The position numbers were made by a program, and so were the translations under genes. Source: a virus. From it: 64,000 nucleotides of DNA. Below the pieces are notes generated by a model that worked only from the letters and a program-made list of their open reading frames with translations, did not search any database and was not told where the DNA came from. The DNA lies in IMG/VR virus record IMGVR_UViG_3300005732_000005, positions 1 through 64,000 of that record, one strand, 5' to 3'. Shown piece after piece: positions 47,451 through 57,240 of this stretch (position 1 is its first letter; every line of letters begins with the position of its first letter).

Positions 47451-48667
47451 AACAACTCCTCCTTCAAAATCCTAATCAAATTATCTTTCATATCCCTTGC
47501 CGCAGACATTTCCTTTTGTGTGACATAACAACTCATACAACAAGGATAATTTTCTAGACGTTCAATTGTTGCAAGGATTCTCTCTTGTTGTTCATTCCAA
47601 GAATTCTCTGCAACACACTTTACATCATATACATCTATATCTAAACAGTCATCTGAGTAACCATACCAATTGTGGTGACTGTAATTTTCTTCCCACCAAC
47701 CTTCAAAACTCATAATAATCTCTCCTCGTAATGTTTCAAATAATCAACAGCACCTATATAAAAATCATCGTACTCAGAAAACTCTCCTGAATAGTATAAT
47801 TCCCACTTCAAACTCTCTACACCTGTTGCATCATCTTCAAAGAAAATACCTTCCTCTATAAAGTTCTCCGCCCACAACAACCCTTTCATCCATTGTGATT
47901 GTTTCATACATTACTTCTCAAAATAAACCTAACCTTGTCCCAGAATTTCATTTTTCCTGAAACGTTCTTAATCTGCTTACCCTCTGCAACTGTAAAATGC
48001 CAGTTCAAATCTACAAGTTTATACTCTATCAAAGGACAATGTTTCTTGTCAATGTTTTTGACTAACAAATGGTAACCATCTACCGAAATAGGGTATACAT
48101 CTACCCATACACCGTTTATGTAAAGTTTCATTGGTGCGAGAAGGTCTAGTGTTTGGTATTTCATATATTACTCCTCATAAACTAAAATATAATCAAAACA
48201 AAATTTACCACGAATATTTTCTCCCGTCAAATCTTCTAGCAAAGAAATTTCATCTTCGTTGCCAAGCAACATAAAGGATGCCTTTGTTGAAGTGGAGTTT
48301 CTCATTTCCAAAGGTATCTTGTCGATAATATCTTTTGGTAAGATACATTTTAGGAAGACACCTTGTTGTTTAAGGATCATTCTTCTTCCAAATTTACTAG
48401 TTGGTCAGTAAGGTTTTGCAACAACTGATGAACCTTTTGTCGATCTTTCTTACTTTCATTTCGATATTCGAAATAGTCATCAGTATTGTTCACAAAGTTT
48501 CTGTATACCCGAAGGTATCTTTCGTTGAGATTATTTTGCTCAAGAAGTTCTTCGTATGTTGGGTAACGTTTATATTTGTTGCAACTACCTTTCCCACAAG
48601 TGGATGTATATTCTACAAGCTTACCACATGGGTAAGTGGATTCTAGTTTATCGATCATTTCAACCAC
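47444..48667 (-). CDS. run of small hypothetical ORFs (47444-47713, 47710-47907, 47904-48164, 48168-48380, 48377-48667)
   Basis: Coupled ORFs. Confidence 0.6.
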
Positions 48668-49221
48668 TCCCTCACACGTTCACGGTGTTCAGGTAAATAC
48701 AGATTAAATATTTCAACTCCGTGTTTCTGACCTAAAACACAGGCTGTCCGAGTTCCACCCTTCGGAATTACACTACCTTCTTTTTCACTCTTTCCGTAGC
48801 ATAATATAAACCTGCTCGGTGTGTCAAGATCTTTACCTAAAATCTGCATCGTATTCCTAGCGTGTAAACTTTTAGCGCCATTAGAGCACTTACTCCAAGC
48901 AGGGTGTGTTTCCTCTGCTAACTGGTAAGCTTTGCTTTTAAAAGGTAAATCATTTAAGGTGTAGTAACCATCGTCATCACTATCACGCTTGTTGAAATCA
49001 TTCCAAGGTAAATAAATTTCCATTAAAGATTCTTGTAGGTACATACCTAAATTATTATCTCTGAGATATTGTTTAACACCTTTTTCTAAACAGGTATCCG
49101 CTCCATCAGCTCCACCAGAACGTCCAATATAACCCTTTGAAGCTGCTTTGTATGCGAACTTTGTCATAAGGTCTAAAATATCTTCTGGTGTACTTCTACT
49201 TCCAATAAGTGTATAAATCAT
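48655..49221 (-). CDS. DprA/Smf-like SLOG-domain protein
   Basis: IGSR.TP, RSGGADGAD, YLPW, HP.W, RN.MQILG, GGT..A. Confidence 0.7.
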   Translation of the reverse strand: MIYTLIGSRSTPEDILDLMTKFAYKAASKGYIGRSGGADGADTCLEKGVKQYLRDNNLGMYLQESLMEIYLPWNDFNKRDSDDDGYYTLNDLPFKSKAYQLAEETHPAWSKCSNGAKSLHARNTMQILGKDLDTPSRFILCYGKSEKEGSVIPKGGTRTACVLGQKHGVEIFNLYLPEHRERVREWLK

Positions 49222-50753
49222 TGTTTCCTCCTCTCATTAAATTCTGCTACACATTCCCACCAATAATCAATAGATTCTCTACAAACCTTTATATGTTTCT
49301 TCTCAATGGGGCGTTTTAATTGTATATGGTCGATACTTGTAAATCTACCTAAAGCTACAAATAATCCTGCAACCATATAATCAGGCATCCTTTTCCAAGT
49401 GTAGAAGTAATCTTTCTCAGGATCACCTACATCAATCAAACCTTTCCTGTTAAATGTTTTGCCTTGGCATCTCGCACAAACAAATCCTGCACTTAACTTT
49501 ACAGGAAGCATATACGCACTGTCAATGTGAACTCTGTCTTGCTGCTTAACTTTATCCTTAACGTGAACATTATAAAGTTTATTCAGTTTCTCCCTGCCAA
49601 GATTTTCAGGGACATTCGCTAAACCAAGAGCTTTCACAACTTCTGACCTTAGTTCATAAATATTCAAACTTTCTACAGGAGTCTCGTGGAACTCAATTTC
49701 TTCTTGTTTGAACTCGTGTATTGGGACAAATATTTCTTCACCAGAATCCTTTACCCCAAAAATACCTTCTCCTACAAGAATACCTGTCACAGTGATCTCT
49801 GTACCGTTTTGGTAATTACCTTCAGGGTCGTTTACGAGACAAATACATTTACAACCTTCGGCAAGAGTTACTTCCCATTCCATAGGGAAATCTTTCTTAT
49901 CATACTTAGCACCAAACTCTGCCTTAAAGGTTAACTTAGGGTTAGGATTCTTTTCCAAGTATTCTAGGTTGTATGCATCTACAAGAGCATTTGTTGGTGC
50001 AATATATACACTACCCTCCTCATAATTATCCCCTACTACAAGCTTATTCAAGCCCTTTAAAACAGTGTCATAATGTTGCTCCAATCCGTATCGTATAACA
50101 TAGAGAGCTTTCTTAAACCATATATCTTTAGGAGTCTCTCCTGATTGCCTTTTAACTTCTTGGAATACGTAGTTTGTAAAATTAAACTGTTTCCACAAAT
50201 AGCTACGGAACATCAAATAGTGCCCATACTTACGGATAAGTTTCTCTTTAAGTTGGTCTTCTACAATAGGAAGTCTTTGTAAATTATCTCCAACCAAGAG
50301 TAGTCTAATATTACGCTGTCTTCGTTTGGAATTCCCTTTATTCAGTTTCCTAATCTGATTAAGGATCTGATCCAAGTCTTGACTGTTGTAACAGAAAGCT
50401 TCATCTAAAACAATTATCTTAATAGTGTCACTGCTTGTTAAAGCTCTGATCGCACTACGTTTATAATCTTTAGGTATAGCCTCTCCAACACTCAGGTTGA
50501 AAATCTTATGACCTGTTGCCAAACCAATGTTATCTGGTAAGTTAACAGTTGCAACACCACTACTTCCTCCAAAGATAATTTCTGAACCATAATACTGTGC
50601 CAGAATCCACATCACTGTACTTTTGCCCGTACCAGAGTCACCGTTGAGTGCAGCATGACCTCTTCCAGATACAAAATCTCTTAAAAAGAAATCTTGTTCT
50701 TCTGTTAAAGTGAATGGTAATCCGTCAATAATCTTTTGCAATCTTTCGTTCAC
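49218..50753 (-). CDS. SF1B (Pif1/RecD-like) helicase
   Basis: GDSGTGKS, SGVA, LDEA, VGD..Q.LPI, KRQ, NG, QGKT, VAL.R. Confidence 0.8.
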   Translation of the reverse strand: MNERLQKIIDGLPFTLTEEQDFFLRDFVSGRGHAALNGDSGTGKSTVMWILAQYYGSEIIFGGSSGVATVNLPDNIGLATGHKIFNLSVGEAIPKDYKRSAIRALTSSDTIKIIVLDEAFCYNSQDLDQILNQIRKLNKGNSKRRQRNIRLLLVGDNLQRLPIVEDQLKEKLIRKYGHYLMFRSYLWKQFNFTNYVFQEVKRQSGETPKDIWFKKALYVIRYGLEQHYDTVLKGLNKLVVGDNYEEGSVYIAPTNALVDAYNLEYLEKNPNPKLTFKAEFGAKYDKKDFPMEWEVTLAEGCKCICLVNDPEGNYQNGTEITVTGILVGEGIFGVKDSGEEIFVPIHEFKQEEIEFHETPVESLNIYELRSEVVKALGLANVPENLGREKLNKLYNVHVKDKVKQQDRVHIDSAYMLPVKLSAGFVCARCQGKTFNRKGLIDVGDPEKDYFYTWKRMPDYMVAGLFVALGRFTSIDHIQLKRPIEKKHIKVCRESIDYWWECVAEFNERRKQ

Positions 50754-51317
50754 TCACACCTCCTTTAAACTAATTCTTGGGAAAGCACAACCTGTCCCAT
50801 AAACATAACCTGTGCCGTCAAGCATTCTACGGTAACCATAACTACCCAACTCAACATTGTGTCTGTTGGTTAAATCAATCTCGTTATCGTTATTCCACTC
50901 AGTTACATAATGCCCTTGTTTAGAATAAAATTCTCTTGCATCATCAGCGACATTTTCAATAATATCGTCACAGTTTCCAAAAGTAATGCCACCAACAACA
51001 ATCAACTCTAGTTTCATAAACATCAGGTAGTGTGTATTACTGGTGAAACGTTCATGACGGTAGCAAGGTGTCACTGCCATATATTTACCGTTTGGAAGTT
51101 TACCTTCTTTGTGTAACTGAATGAAACTCTGTTCGGCACTGGCAATATACACTTTATGATCATCACCAACCTTACCGTGATACAGTTCAGGAACACCCTT
51201 TGGTTTGGTGTGCTCACTCACATCCATATCTACTACAAGAGGAACATCTATTGGAACATAACCTTTGCTTGAGTAAAACCGTAGTGCTTCCATAAGTATA
51301 CTTGTTGAAATGTTCAT
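50754..51317 (-). CDS. stand-alone class II aminoacyl-tRNA synthetase-like catalytic domain
   Basis: ASAEQSF, motif 2 PCYRHE...FMK.EL, ELGSYG, motif 3 G.G.AFPR; no anticodon domain. Confidence 0.65.
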   Translation of the reverse strand: MNISTSILMEALRFYSSKGYVPIDVPLVVDMDVSEHTKPKGVPELYHGKVGDDHKVYIASAEQSFIQLHKEGKLPNGKYMAVTPCYRHERFTSNTHYLMFMKLELIVVGGITFGNCDDIIENVADDAREFYSKQGHYVTEWNNDNEIDLTNRHNVELGSYGYRRMLDGTGYVYGTGCAFPRISLKEV

Positions 51318-51580
51318 TATCTTCTCCCGTTATCAAAAGCTCTTTCTGTAATATCTTTCATCTTAATAAGATCCGTAAGTGTGAGATTGTAACTATCTTT
51401 CACGTAATGGTCAATAGCTCCAAGTAAGTCACTTAACTCAACAAGTTCCATTACAACACAATCTTGGGCAACACTATCTTGCCACTCAGTAAACTCTTCT
51501 ATAATCTTACTTCTCTCACCAAGAACACCTTTCTCGATATCTTTCAAATGGTAACCTACCTTCTCCATAATCTCCTCCAT
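51317..51580 (-). CDS. MazG-like small protein
   Basis: KIIEE..E...ELVELSDL acidic helix pattern. Confidence 0.5.
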   Translation of the reverse strand: MEEIMEKVGYHLKDIEKGVLGERSKIIEEFTEWQDSVAQDCVVMELVELSDLLGAIDHYVKDSYNLTLTDLIKMKDITERAFDNGRR

Positions 51581-51704
51581 TGCCCATATAAGGCTTTTCT
51601 GTTATAATAACCTATGTTACATCTCCAACCAAGGAATGTATTCTGGAAGTGAGTGTAGCAAACCAAAACACGATAAGCAACAACTATTTTAAGGTTATTT
51701 AAAA

Positions 51705-52013
51705 ATGACAGAATTAGGAACAATGCTTGCAATACATTGGTGGAAGGCTGTCATTGCGTTCGCTATGGGTATTCTAGGTTTTAAGTTCCAGAATGACTAC
51801 AAGGAAAAGTCAGACAGGATACGTAATCTAGAGACAAACCAGAACGAAATGAAAGAGCAGTTAGCTGTCAACAAGAGTGAGCACGATACACTTAAGTCTA
51901 ACTTTGAAAAGTTTCTTGAAAGGCACGATAGATTGTCAGAAGACATTTCTAGCATAAAAACAGATACCGCAGTTATTAAGAATGATATTCAACACATCAA
52001 AGAGGATAAATAA
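51705..52013 (+). CDS. TM plus coiled-coil protein (holin/XhlA-like)
   Basis: N-terminal TM then heptad repeats; first gene after TGTTATAAT promoter at 51600. Confidence 0.55.
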   Translation: MTELGTMLAIHWWKAVIAFAMGILGFKFQNDYKEKSDRIRNLETNQNEMKEQLAVNKSEHDTLKSNFEKFLERHDRLSEDISSIKTDTAVIKNDIQHIKEDK

Positions 52014-52014
52014 T

Positions 52015-52077
52015 ATGATTAATTCAATCACAACTAAAGATGCACCAGATTTACCAGATCCTAAAAAAGAAAAGTAA
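52015..52077 (+). CDS. 20-aa peptide MINSITTKDAPDLPDPKKEK
   Basis: Fills the gap exactly between two genes; GAGGA RBS. Confidence 0.35.
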   Translation: MINSITTKDAPDLPDPKKEK

Positions 52078-52083
52078 CCTTTT

Positions 52084-52536
52084 ATGGAAACTTACTATGC
52101 TGTAATATTCTTTATTGCGGCAATATTCCAAGAACACGTAGAAGGTTTTTCTGTAGCAAGTTTCTGTACGGCAATAACCCTGTATAATGAAGCCATAGTT
52201 GATTATCTTTCTTCTCTGGGTCTTCCGTTCTTTCTCGCTCCTATACTAATCAGTGTAGGAATGGTTGTTGTGTCAGTAAGTTTTATAGGACAACGTTTTT
52301 CTAAAATACTTCTAGGGGTTTCGTTAGTTTCCATCGTAGTAAACATCTTCTTCTGGGTACACTACAATCCAGAAGGAGCTTATCTTTACCAAATAATACA
52401 ACCATACTACAAATATATCAATATTATTCTCCTAGAGATTCTTGTTTATAGTTGCCTAGCTCATTCAAGACTAGTTCCTCTTGGGAAAGAATATTTCATG
52501 AAAGCGAGGAGTTGGTATGCTGCCCGTAATAATTAA
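52084..52536 (+). CDS. multi-pass membrane protein
   Basis: 4-5 hydrophobic segments. Confidence 0.65.
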   Translation: METYYAVIFFIAAIFQEHVEGFSVASFCTAITLYNEAIVDYLSSLGLPFFLAPILISVGMVVVSVSFIGQRFSKILLGVSLVSIVVNIFFWVHYNPEGAYLYQIIQPYYKYINIILLEILVYSCLAHSRLVPLGKEYFMKARSWYAARNN

Positions 52537-52984
52537 AGGCTTGATTACAGGTGGATGGACTTTCTTCACAAAATGGAAAGAAGGTAAGCACAAGGAAGCT
52601 TTAGAAGAACTATCTATCAAGAAAGAAGAGAGATCTGCTCAAAATAAGATACGTTTAGAGAATGCCCGTTCTGGGAATAATAATACTTCTGAACGAATTA
52701 AACAAATGGCAAACAGTTTTAAAGATGAATTCACTATGGTAGTTATCTTTGCTCCGTTTGTCACATCAATCATATCCCCTTACCTAGACTTATATTTTGC
52801 CTTAAAAGATTCTTCTTACCAGCAAGGTATGTTGGCAGATGCTTCTCTGCAAGCTGTACAGTCTCTCAACGAGTTCCCTTTGTGGTATGTAATCTTGGTG
52901 ATTCTAATGGTGCTATGGTCGTGGGGAGCTTCTAAGGAAGTAATAAACAGGTTTTTAGATATGATCCCTAAGTGGAGGAAATAA
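52517..52984 (+). CDS. putative holin (3TM type)
   Basis: SFKDEF.....AP and P.WY motifs with TM helices. Confidence 0.55.
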   Translation: MLPVIIKGLITGGWTFFTKWKEGKHKEALEELSIKKEERSAQNKIRLENARSGNNNTSERIKQMANSFKDEFTMVVIFAPFVTSIISPYLDLYFALKDSSYQQGMLADASLQAVQSLNEFPLWYVILVILMVLWSWGASKEVINRFLDMIPKWRK

Positions 52985-53166
52985 TGGCTGTTAAGTTAGT
53001 CAATGCAGAAGTTATTATGCAAAGTAAGGCATCTGCTCAATCAGAAAAGAAAGATAAGGATTTGCAAGAAGCTGCTTTATCAGATGAGTTTCGTCTAGAG
53101 AACATTGGTGATTCTGGAGAGTTTTATTCTCAAGCGGGTGACCCTTTAATGCAATCGGGCAATTAA
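52984..53166 (+). CDS. hypothetical protein
   Basis: GGAGG RBS. Confidence 0.55.
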   Translation: MAVKLVNAEVIMQSKASAQSEKKDKDLQEAALSDEFRLENIGDSGEFYSQAGDPLMQSGN

Positions 53167-53196
53167 TAGAATTAATAATAACAATAGGAAATTTAG

Positions 53197-55164
53197 ATGA
53201 GAGATTTACAAGTAACTCGTCCTACTCAAGTAGATGCTGATGCAGCTTTCCCTGTGTCTGGTAAGGCGAGAAACATTGTCACAAGTGGTGATAATACAGG
53301 TACTCCTTGGATAGAGGATGTAATCAATGACCGTAGCTTTGGCTGGCAAGAGAATGTTCTGAAAAGAGCAGGTATTGTTCCAAACGGTAACCCTGAAGAT
53401 GCGGATGACAGTCAGATCGCAGAAGCTGTTGAGCGTGTGAGTGCTGTTAAAGCACAAGGTAAGAATCTTGCTGGCAGTAGTCGTTATGGATGTACATTAA
53501 CCTCTGAAGAGGATTGGGTTGTTGATAACTCAGGTTCATATTGGAAGTGGGGCGGTAGTTTTCCTAAGAATGTTGCTGCAGGAGAGATTCCTAGTGTTGG
53601 GAATGGGTTTATTGTAGTGGTGTTTGGCGGTGCAGATTTAGTTGTAGATTCAGAAGGAAGTAACGTACAAGACTACATAAATAAAAACTTAACTCCGTTC
53701 AAAAACGTTGCTGAAATGGTAGCTTATGACTATACAGAAATTCCAGCGGATTCAAAGATAGAGTGGCAAGGTTACTACGCACAGTCGGACGGTGGAGGTA
53801 ACAGAGGTGTACTGAAGAAAGGTGATAGTACATCATTAGCAGATGATGGTGGTTCGATATTCATCATTGTTAACGACACCGTTAACGGTGTCTGGATTGA
53901 ATCTAGCCACCTAAAAAGTGAGATAGCAATAGAAAAGTTTGGTGGCAAACCTGACGATGTGCTTGTAGATAATGCAGAAGTTGCAAATAGAATCTACACA
54001 TACGCAACAACAAAACTAGCCAGAAATGGCATAAAAATAACACTGGGAAATGGTAGGTATAATGCTCAAACATCTGTTAACCAACTATCTTACTGCGAGA
54101 TGGAGGGGTTAGGTCAAACCGTTTCTCAGTGGTACGTGCTAAACAAGGTTGATGCGTTTGTAAGACCAGCAGACTGCCGTAATGCCAAGTGTACAAAAAT
54201 GTCTATAACATCTGTTTTTGTTGAGTCGGATGGAACAACAAATGAGCACGATGCTATAAAATACGATTTGACAGGTGGTGCTGAGGGCTGTTTTGACAGT
54301 AACTTATCAATAAATGAATTTAGGTATGGCATAAGATGCGGAAATATCTGGTGGAATAACTCTGTTCATGAAGTTAGGATAAACAGATGCTGGGAGTCAA
54401 TATACAATGATAGTACAGACGGTCTTTCTATAAATAATAGTTTTTATAAAGTATATAGTAACGAACCTTTTAATCGAGGGTGGAGGATAGGCGCTGTTAA
54501 AAATACACTTGCTACTCTGTGTAATTTTGGTGGTCGCACCGACGGTGCTGCATCTAAATACCTGTCTATATTCGGACCAAACGCCACAGGTATAACATTT
54601 GCAGCTTGCAACTTTGAAAATATAGAGATTACTCAAGATTCAGGAGCGATTGAAATCTGGTCTAACAGCAGAGTTAATTTTATTAATGGTTGTACTTTTG
54701 TTGACAATGGTCCGAACACCAGTGGAGGTGCTAATAGGTCTTTTGAAATTAAATCAAGAGATACTGCATTTGTAAACATATCAAACTGTATACAATTACA
54801 ACCTAAAACTGGGCAAGGGTTTTTAACAGCTACAAATTCTTCAATCATCAAAACAACAGATAATGATATTTCTTCTGTAACGAATAACCTCGTATTCAAT
54901 GACGCAGAAGTAATAAAAGGTGACGAAAGGGTCTACAAAGGTAGCTCCACAGGGGTAACAAGCGGTGATTTCATCGACACAGGAAAAGGTTCGGCTGTTT
55001 CACAGTTCTTCCCAAGCCTTGTTGTGGCAGATGGTGCATACCCTACTGTCGCGGTTGCAACTGACGCACGTAATGGTAGCGGCTCTGTTCGAGTCAGGTT
55101 CGTTAACATAGTAGATGGAACTAATAACTTTGGAACACACGACTTAGATTGGTTGGCCTATTAA
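53197..55164 (+). CDS. tailspike / polysaccharide depolymerase-like receptor-binding protein
   Basis: N-terminal virion-anchor (G..PNG..E....SQ; YWKWGGSFPK), GYY..DGGG, FG.KPD...DN pectin-lyase start, beta-helix repeats. Confidence 0.75.
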   Translation: MRDLQVTRPTQVDADAAFPVSGKARNIVTSGDNTGTPWIEDVINDRSFGWQENVLKRAGIVPNGNPEDADDSQIAEAVERVSAVKAQGKNLAGSSRYGCTLTSEEDWVVDNSGSYWKWGGSFPKNVAAGEIPSVGNGFIVVVFGGADLVVDSEGSNVQDYINKNLTPFKNVAEMVAYDYTEIPADSKIEWQGYYAQSDGGGNRGVLKKGDSTSLADDGGSIFIIVNDTVNGVWIESSHLKSEIAIEKFGGKPDDVLVDNAEVANRIYTYATTKLARNGIKITLGNGRYNAQTSVNQLSYCEMEGLGQTVSQWYVLNKVDAFVRPADCRNAKCTKMSITSVFVESDGTTNEHDAIKYDLTGGAEGCFDSNLSINEFRYGIRCGNIWWNNSVHEVRINRCWESIYNDSTDGLSINNSFYKVYSNEPFNRGWRIGAVKNTLATLCNFGGRTDGAASKYLSIFGPNATGITFAACNFENIEITQDSGAIEIWSNSRVNFINGCTFVDNGPNTSGGANRSFEIKSRDTAFVNISNCIQLQPKTGQGFLTATNSSIIKTTDNDISSVTNNLVFNDAEVIKGDERVYKGSSTGVTSGDFIDTGKGSAVSQFFPSLVVADGAYPTVAVATDARNGSGSVRVRFVNIVDGTNNFGTHDLDWLAY

Positions 55165-55170
55165 TAAATA

Positions 55171-55200
55171 GAAGGTCATCTGAAGAAGATGACCTTCTCT
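55171..55200 (+). terminator. terminator-like hairpin
   Basis: AGAAGGTCATCT-GAAG-AAGATGACCTTCT. Confidence 0.55.
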
Positions 55201-55282
55201 ACCACACCCCTCCTAAAAATGTTATAATACCTCATAAACTATAATTTTACAATAAGATTATTTATCCACGAGGAAATATATT

Positions 55283-55846
55283 ATGGCGAAAAAGTCCGAT
55301 AAAGAATTAAAGAAAGTTGCAACAAGACATTTCTTCCCCCAAGAGATTGCTCTAACAGGTTGCCCTACTAAAGAACAAAAAGCTCACAATGATATGGTGA
55401 AGAGCTATCTTGCCGATTATAGGAAAGCTACAAATCAAGCTCAAATGGGGGAAGATATCTTTAACTGGATATTAACTGATATTCATACAAGTTTCAACCC
55501 TGCAAATATGGGTAAGGCAGAAGTTATTGAGGTTGAGAATCCTGATTTTGATAATAGCAAGAAACCTTCTAAAGATAATCCTCTGACAATACAAGTTTAT
55601 CGCCACATGTATGATCCTGCAAGATATAAAGAAAATACGGCACGAGAAGTTGCTAAAGAAGCTATCCGTAAACGTGATGATTATATCAAGATGTGCCAAG
55701 AGCATGAGAAGCAGGAACAAATTTTGGCGGCGAGAGAGTTGCGTGAGAGTGAGGGTGTTGTGAGTGAGGGGGATGATGTGGGTGGTGTGAGTACTGGTTC
55801 CCTTATCACAATTGATTTTGAAGAAGATGGGACTACTTTGAATTGA
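55283..55846 (+). CDS. hypothetical protein, possible terminase small subunit
   Basis: Position upstream of terL; TGTTATAAT promoter at 55220. Confidence 0.4.
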   Translation: MAKKSDKELKKVATRHFFPQEIALTGCPTKEQKAHNDMVKSYLADYRKATNQAQMGEDIFNWILTDIHTSFNPANMGKAEVIEVENPDFDNSKKPSKDNPLTIQVYRHMYDPARYKENTAREVAKEAIRKRDDYIKMCQEHEKQEQILAARELRESEGVVSEGDDVGGVSTGSLITIDFEEDGTTLN

Positions 55847-56007
55847 TAATTATTCTGTAAAGTGGTATCATTAAATAAGGGCGATATTTTAGGACAGGAG
55901 TAGCTACCTGAAATAAGTATTGAAAAGAGAGTCTGCAGGAACTACCTCACTTGCAGATTCCCCTTTATTTTAATACGAGGTAGATAGTTTGAGGTAAGAA
56001 TTGTAGT

Positions 56008-57237
56008 ATGAAAAGCACAATATACACATATGAATTTTTAAAGCGACATGAGATTGTTAAAAGTAAGAGAGCAACGGCCGATCACGGTTATTATGGTGAG
56101 GGTATAACACTGATGTTCCCTGTAGATATTCCCGATAAAACCAAAGGTTTATGGGCAACTAAATGCTTGTGCGGTAATTATTTCACCTGCCAACCCAGTG
56201 ATGTATATCATGCTAGGATTAAAAGCTGCGGCTGCCACATTAAAAGACGTAACAGATTAAAATATACTCTAGAAACAGTATTGTGGAGTATAAAACGAAA
56301 TTATACGCTAGGTTCTTTACCTTCAGAATATAAGAGTAGAGATATAAAATTAAAGTGTAATACTTGTGAAGTGGCTACAGATAAAGGTAATTTAACAGAG
56401 CACCTTATAGGCAACAGGCTTTTCTGTAGATGCGGTAAGACCTACAAAAGATCCTTCTCAGAAGTAAAACATGATTGCGAGGAGTACTTAAGAGAAAATC
56501 CCGAATCACCTTGGAGTATAGAGTCTTATCCAGAAGAAGAATTTACTAGTGTAAAAGATGTTAGGATATCTTTGAAGTGTAACATTTGCTCTCACGAAGT
56601 TGATATGTTATTTGGCAATTTTGTAAGGGGAAAGGGTTGTCAAGGTTGTAGCGATATAGCTTTAAAGAAAAGGATTAGCAAAGACTTGTCGTACTTCTTA
56701 GAAAAGTCTTACGAAACTCATGGTGATAGGTACGATTATAGTAAAGTTGTATACACTAAATGTAGAGAACCTGTTGAAATAGTTTGTAAAGAGCATGGTT
56801 CTTTTTGGCAATCTCCTGATAACCATTACAACAAGGGAAAGGGTTGTAGGAAATGTAACGGTAATAGGTATGTAAACTTTAAAAGAGTTTCTGTAGAAGA
56901 TAATAAAGATTTCTTAAAAAGTAAAGATTCGGGTGTATATGTTCTAAAATCTAACCTAGTAGAAGATTTGTATAAAATAGGTATAAGTGTCGTACCAGAA
57001 CGAAGGTGTAAAGATGTATCTTCGGAAAGCAAACTTGACTTCGAAGTTTTCCACTACAAACCTCTGGACATGTATAATGCGTATATATTAGAGAACAATC
57101 TACACACCGCGTATGATAGTCTTAACTGCAGAGATGATTTCGATAACAAGTTCGCAGGTTATACGGAATGTTTTATATTAGAAGAACAAGACCTGACTGA
57201 TGTAGTAAAATTAATAGATAATTATAAAGAAGGATAA
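56008..57237 (+). CDS. free-standing homing endonuclease (Zn-ribbon repeats plus C-terminal GIY-YIG/T5orf172-like domain)
   Basis: C.CG, KSCGC, YDYSKV.Y, C..HG.F, GKGC..C; GVYVL...YKIGIS..P.RR, E..LH, GYTECF. Confidence 0.75.
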   Translation: MKSTIYTYEFLKRHEIVKSKRATADHGYYGEGITLMFPVDIPDKTKGLWATKCLCGNYFTCQPSDVYHARIKSCGCHIKRRNRLKYTLETVLWSIKRNYTLGSLPSEYKSRDIKLKCNTCEVATDKGNLTEHLIGNRLFCRCGKTYKRSFSEVKHDCEEYLRENPESPWSIESYPEEEFTSVKDVRISLKCNICSHEVDMLFGNFVRGKGCQGCSDIALKKRISKDLSYFLEKSYETHGDRYDYSKVVYTKCREPVEIVCKEHGSFWQSPDNHYNKGKGCRKCNGNRYVNFKRVSVEDNKDFLKSKDSGVYVLKSNLVEDLYKIGISVVPERRCKDVSSESKLDFEVFHYKPLDMYNAYILENNLHTAYDSLNCRDDFDNKFAGYTECFILEEQDLTDVVKLIDNYKEG

Positions 57238-57240
57238 TTC

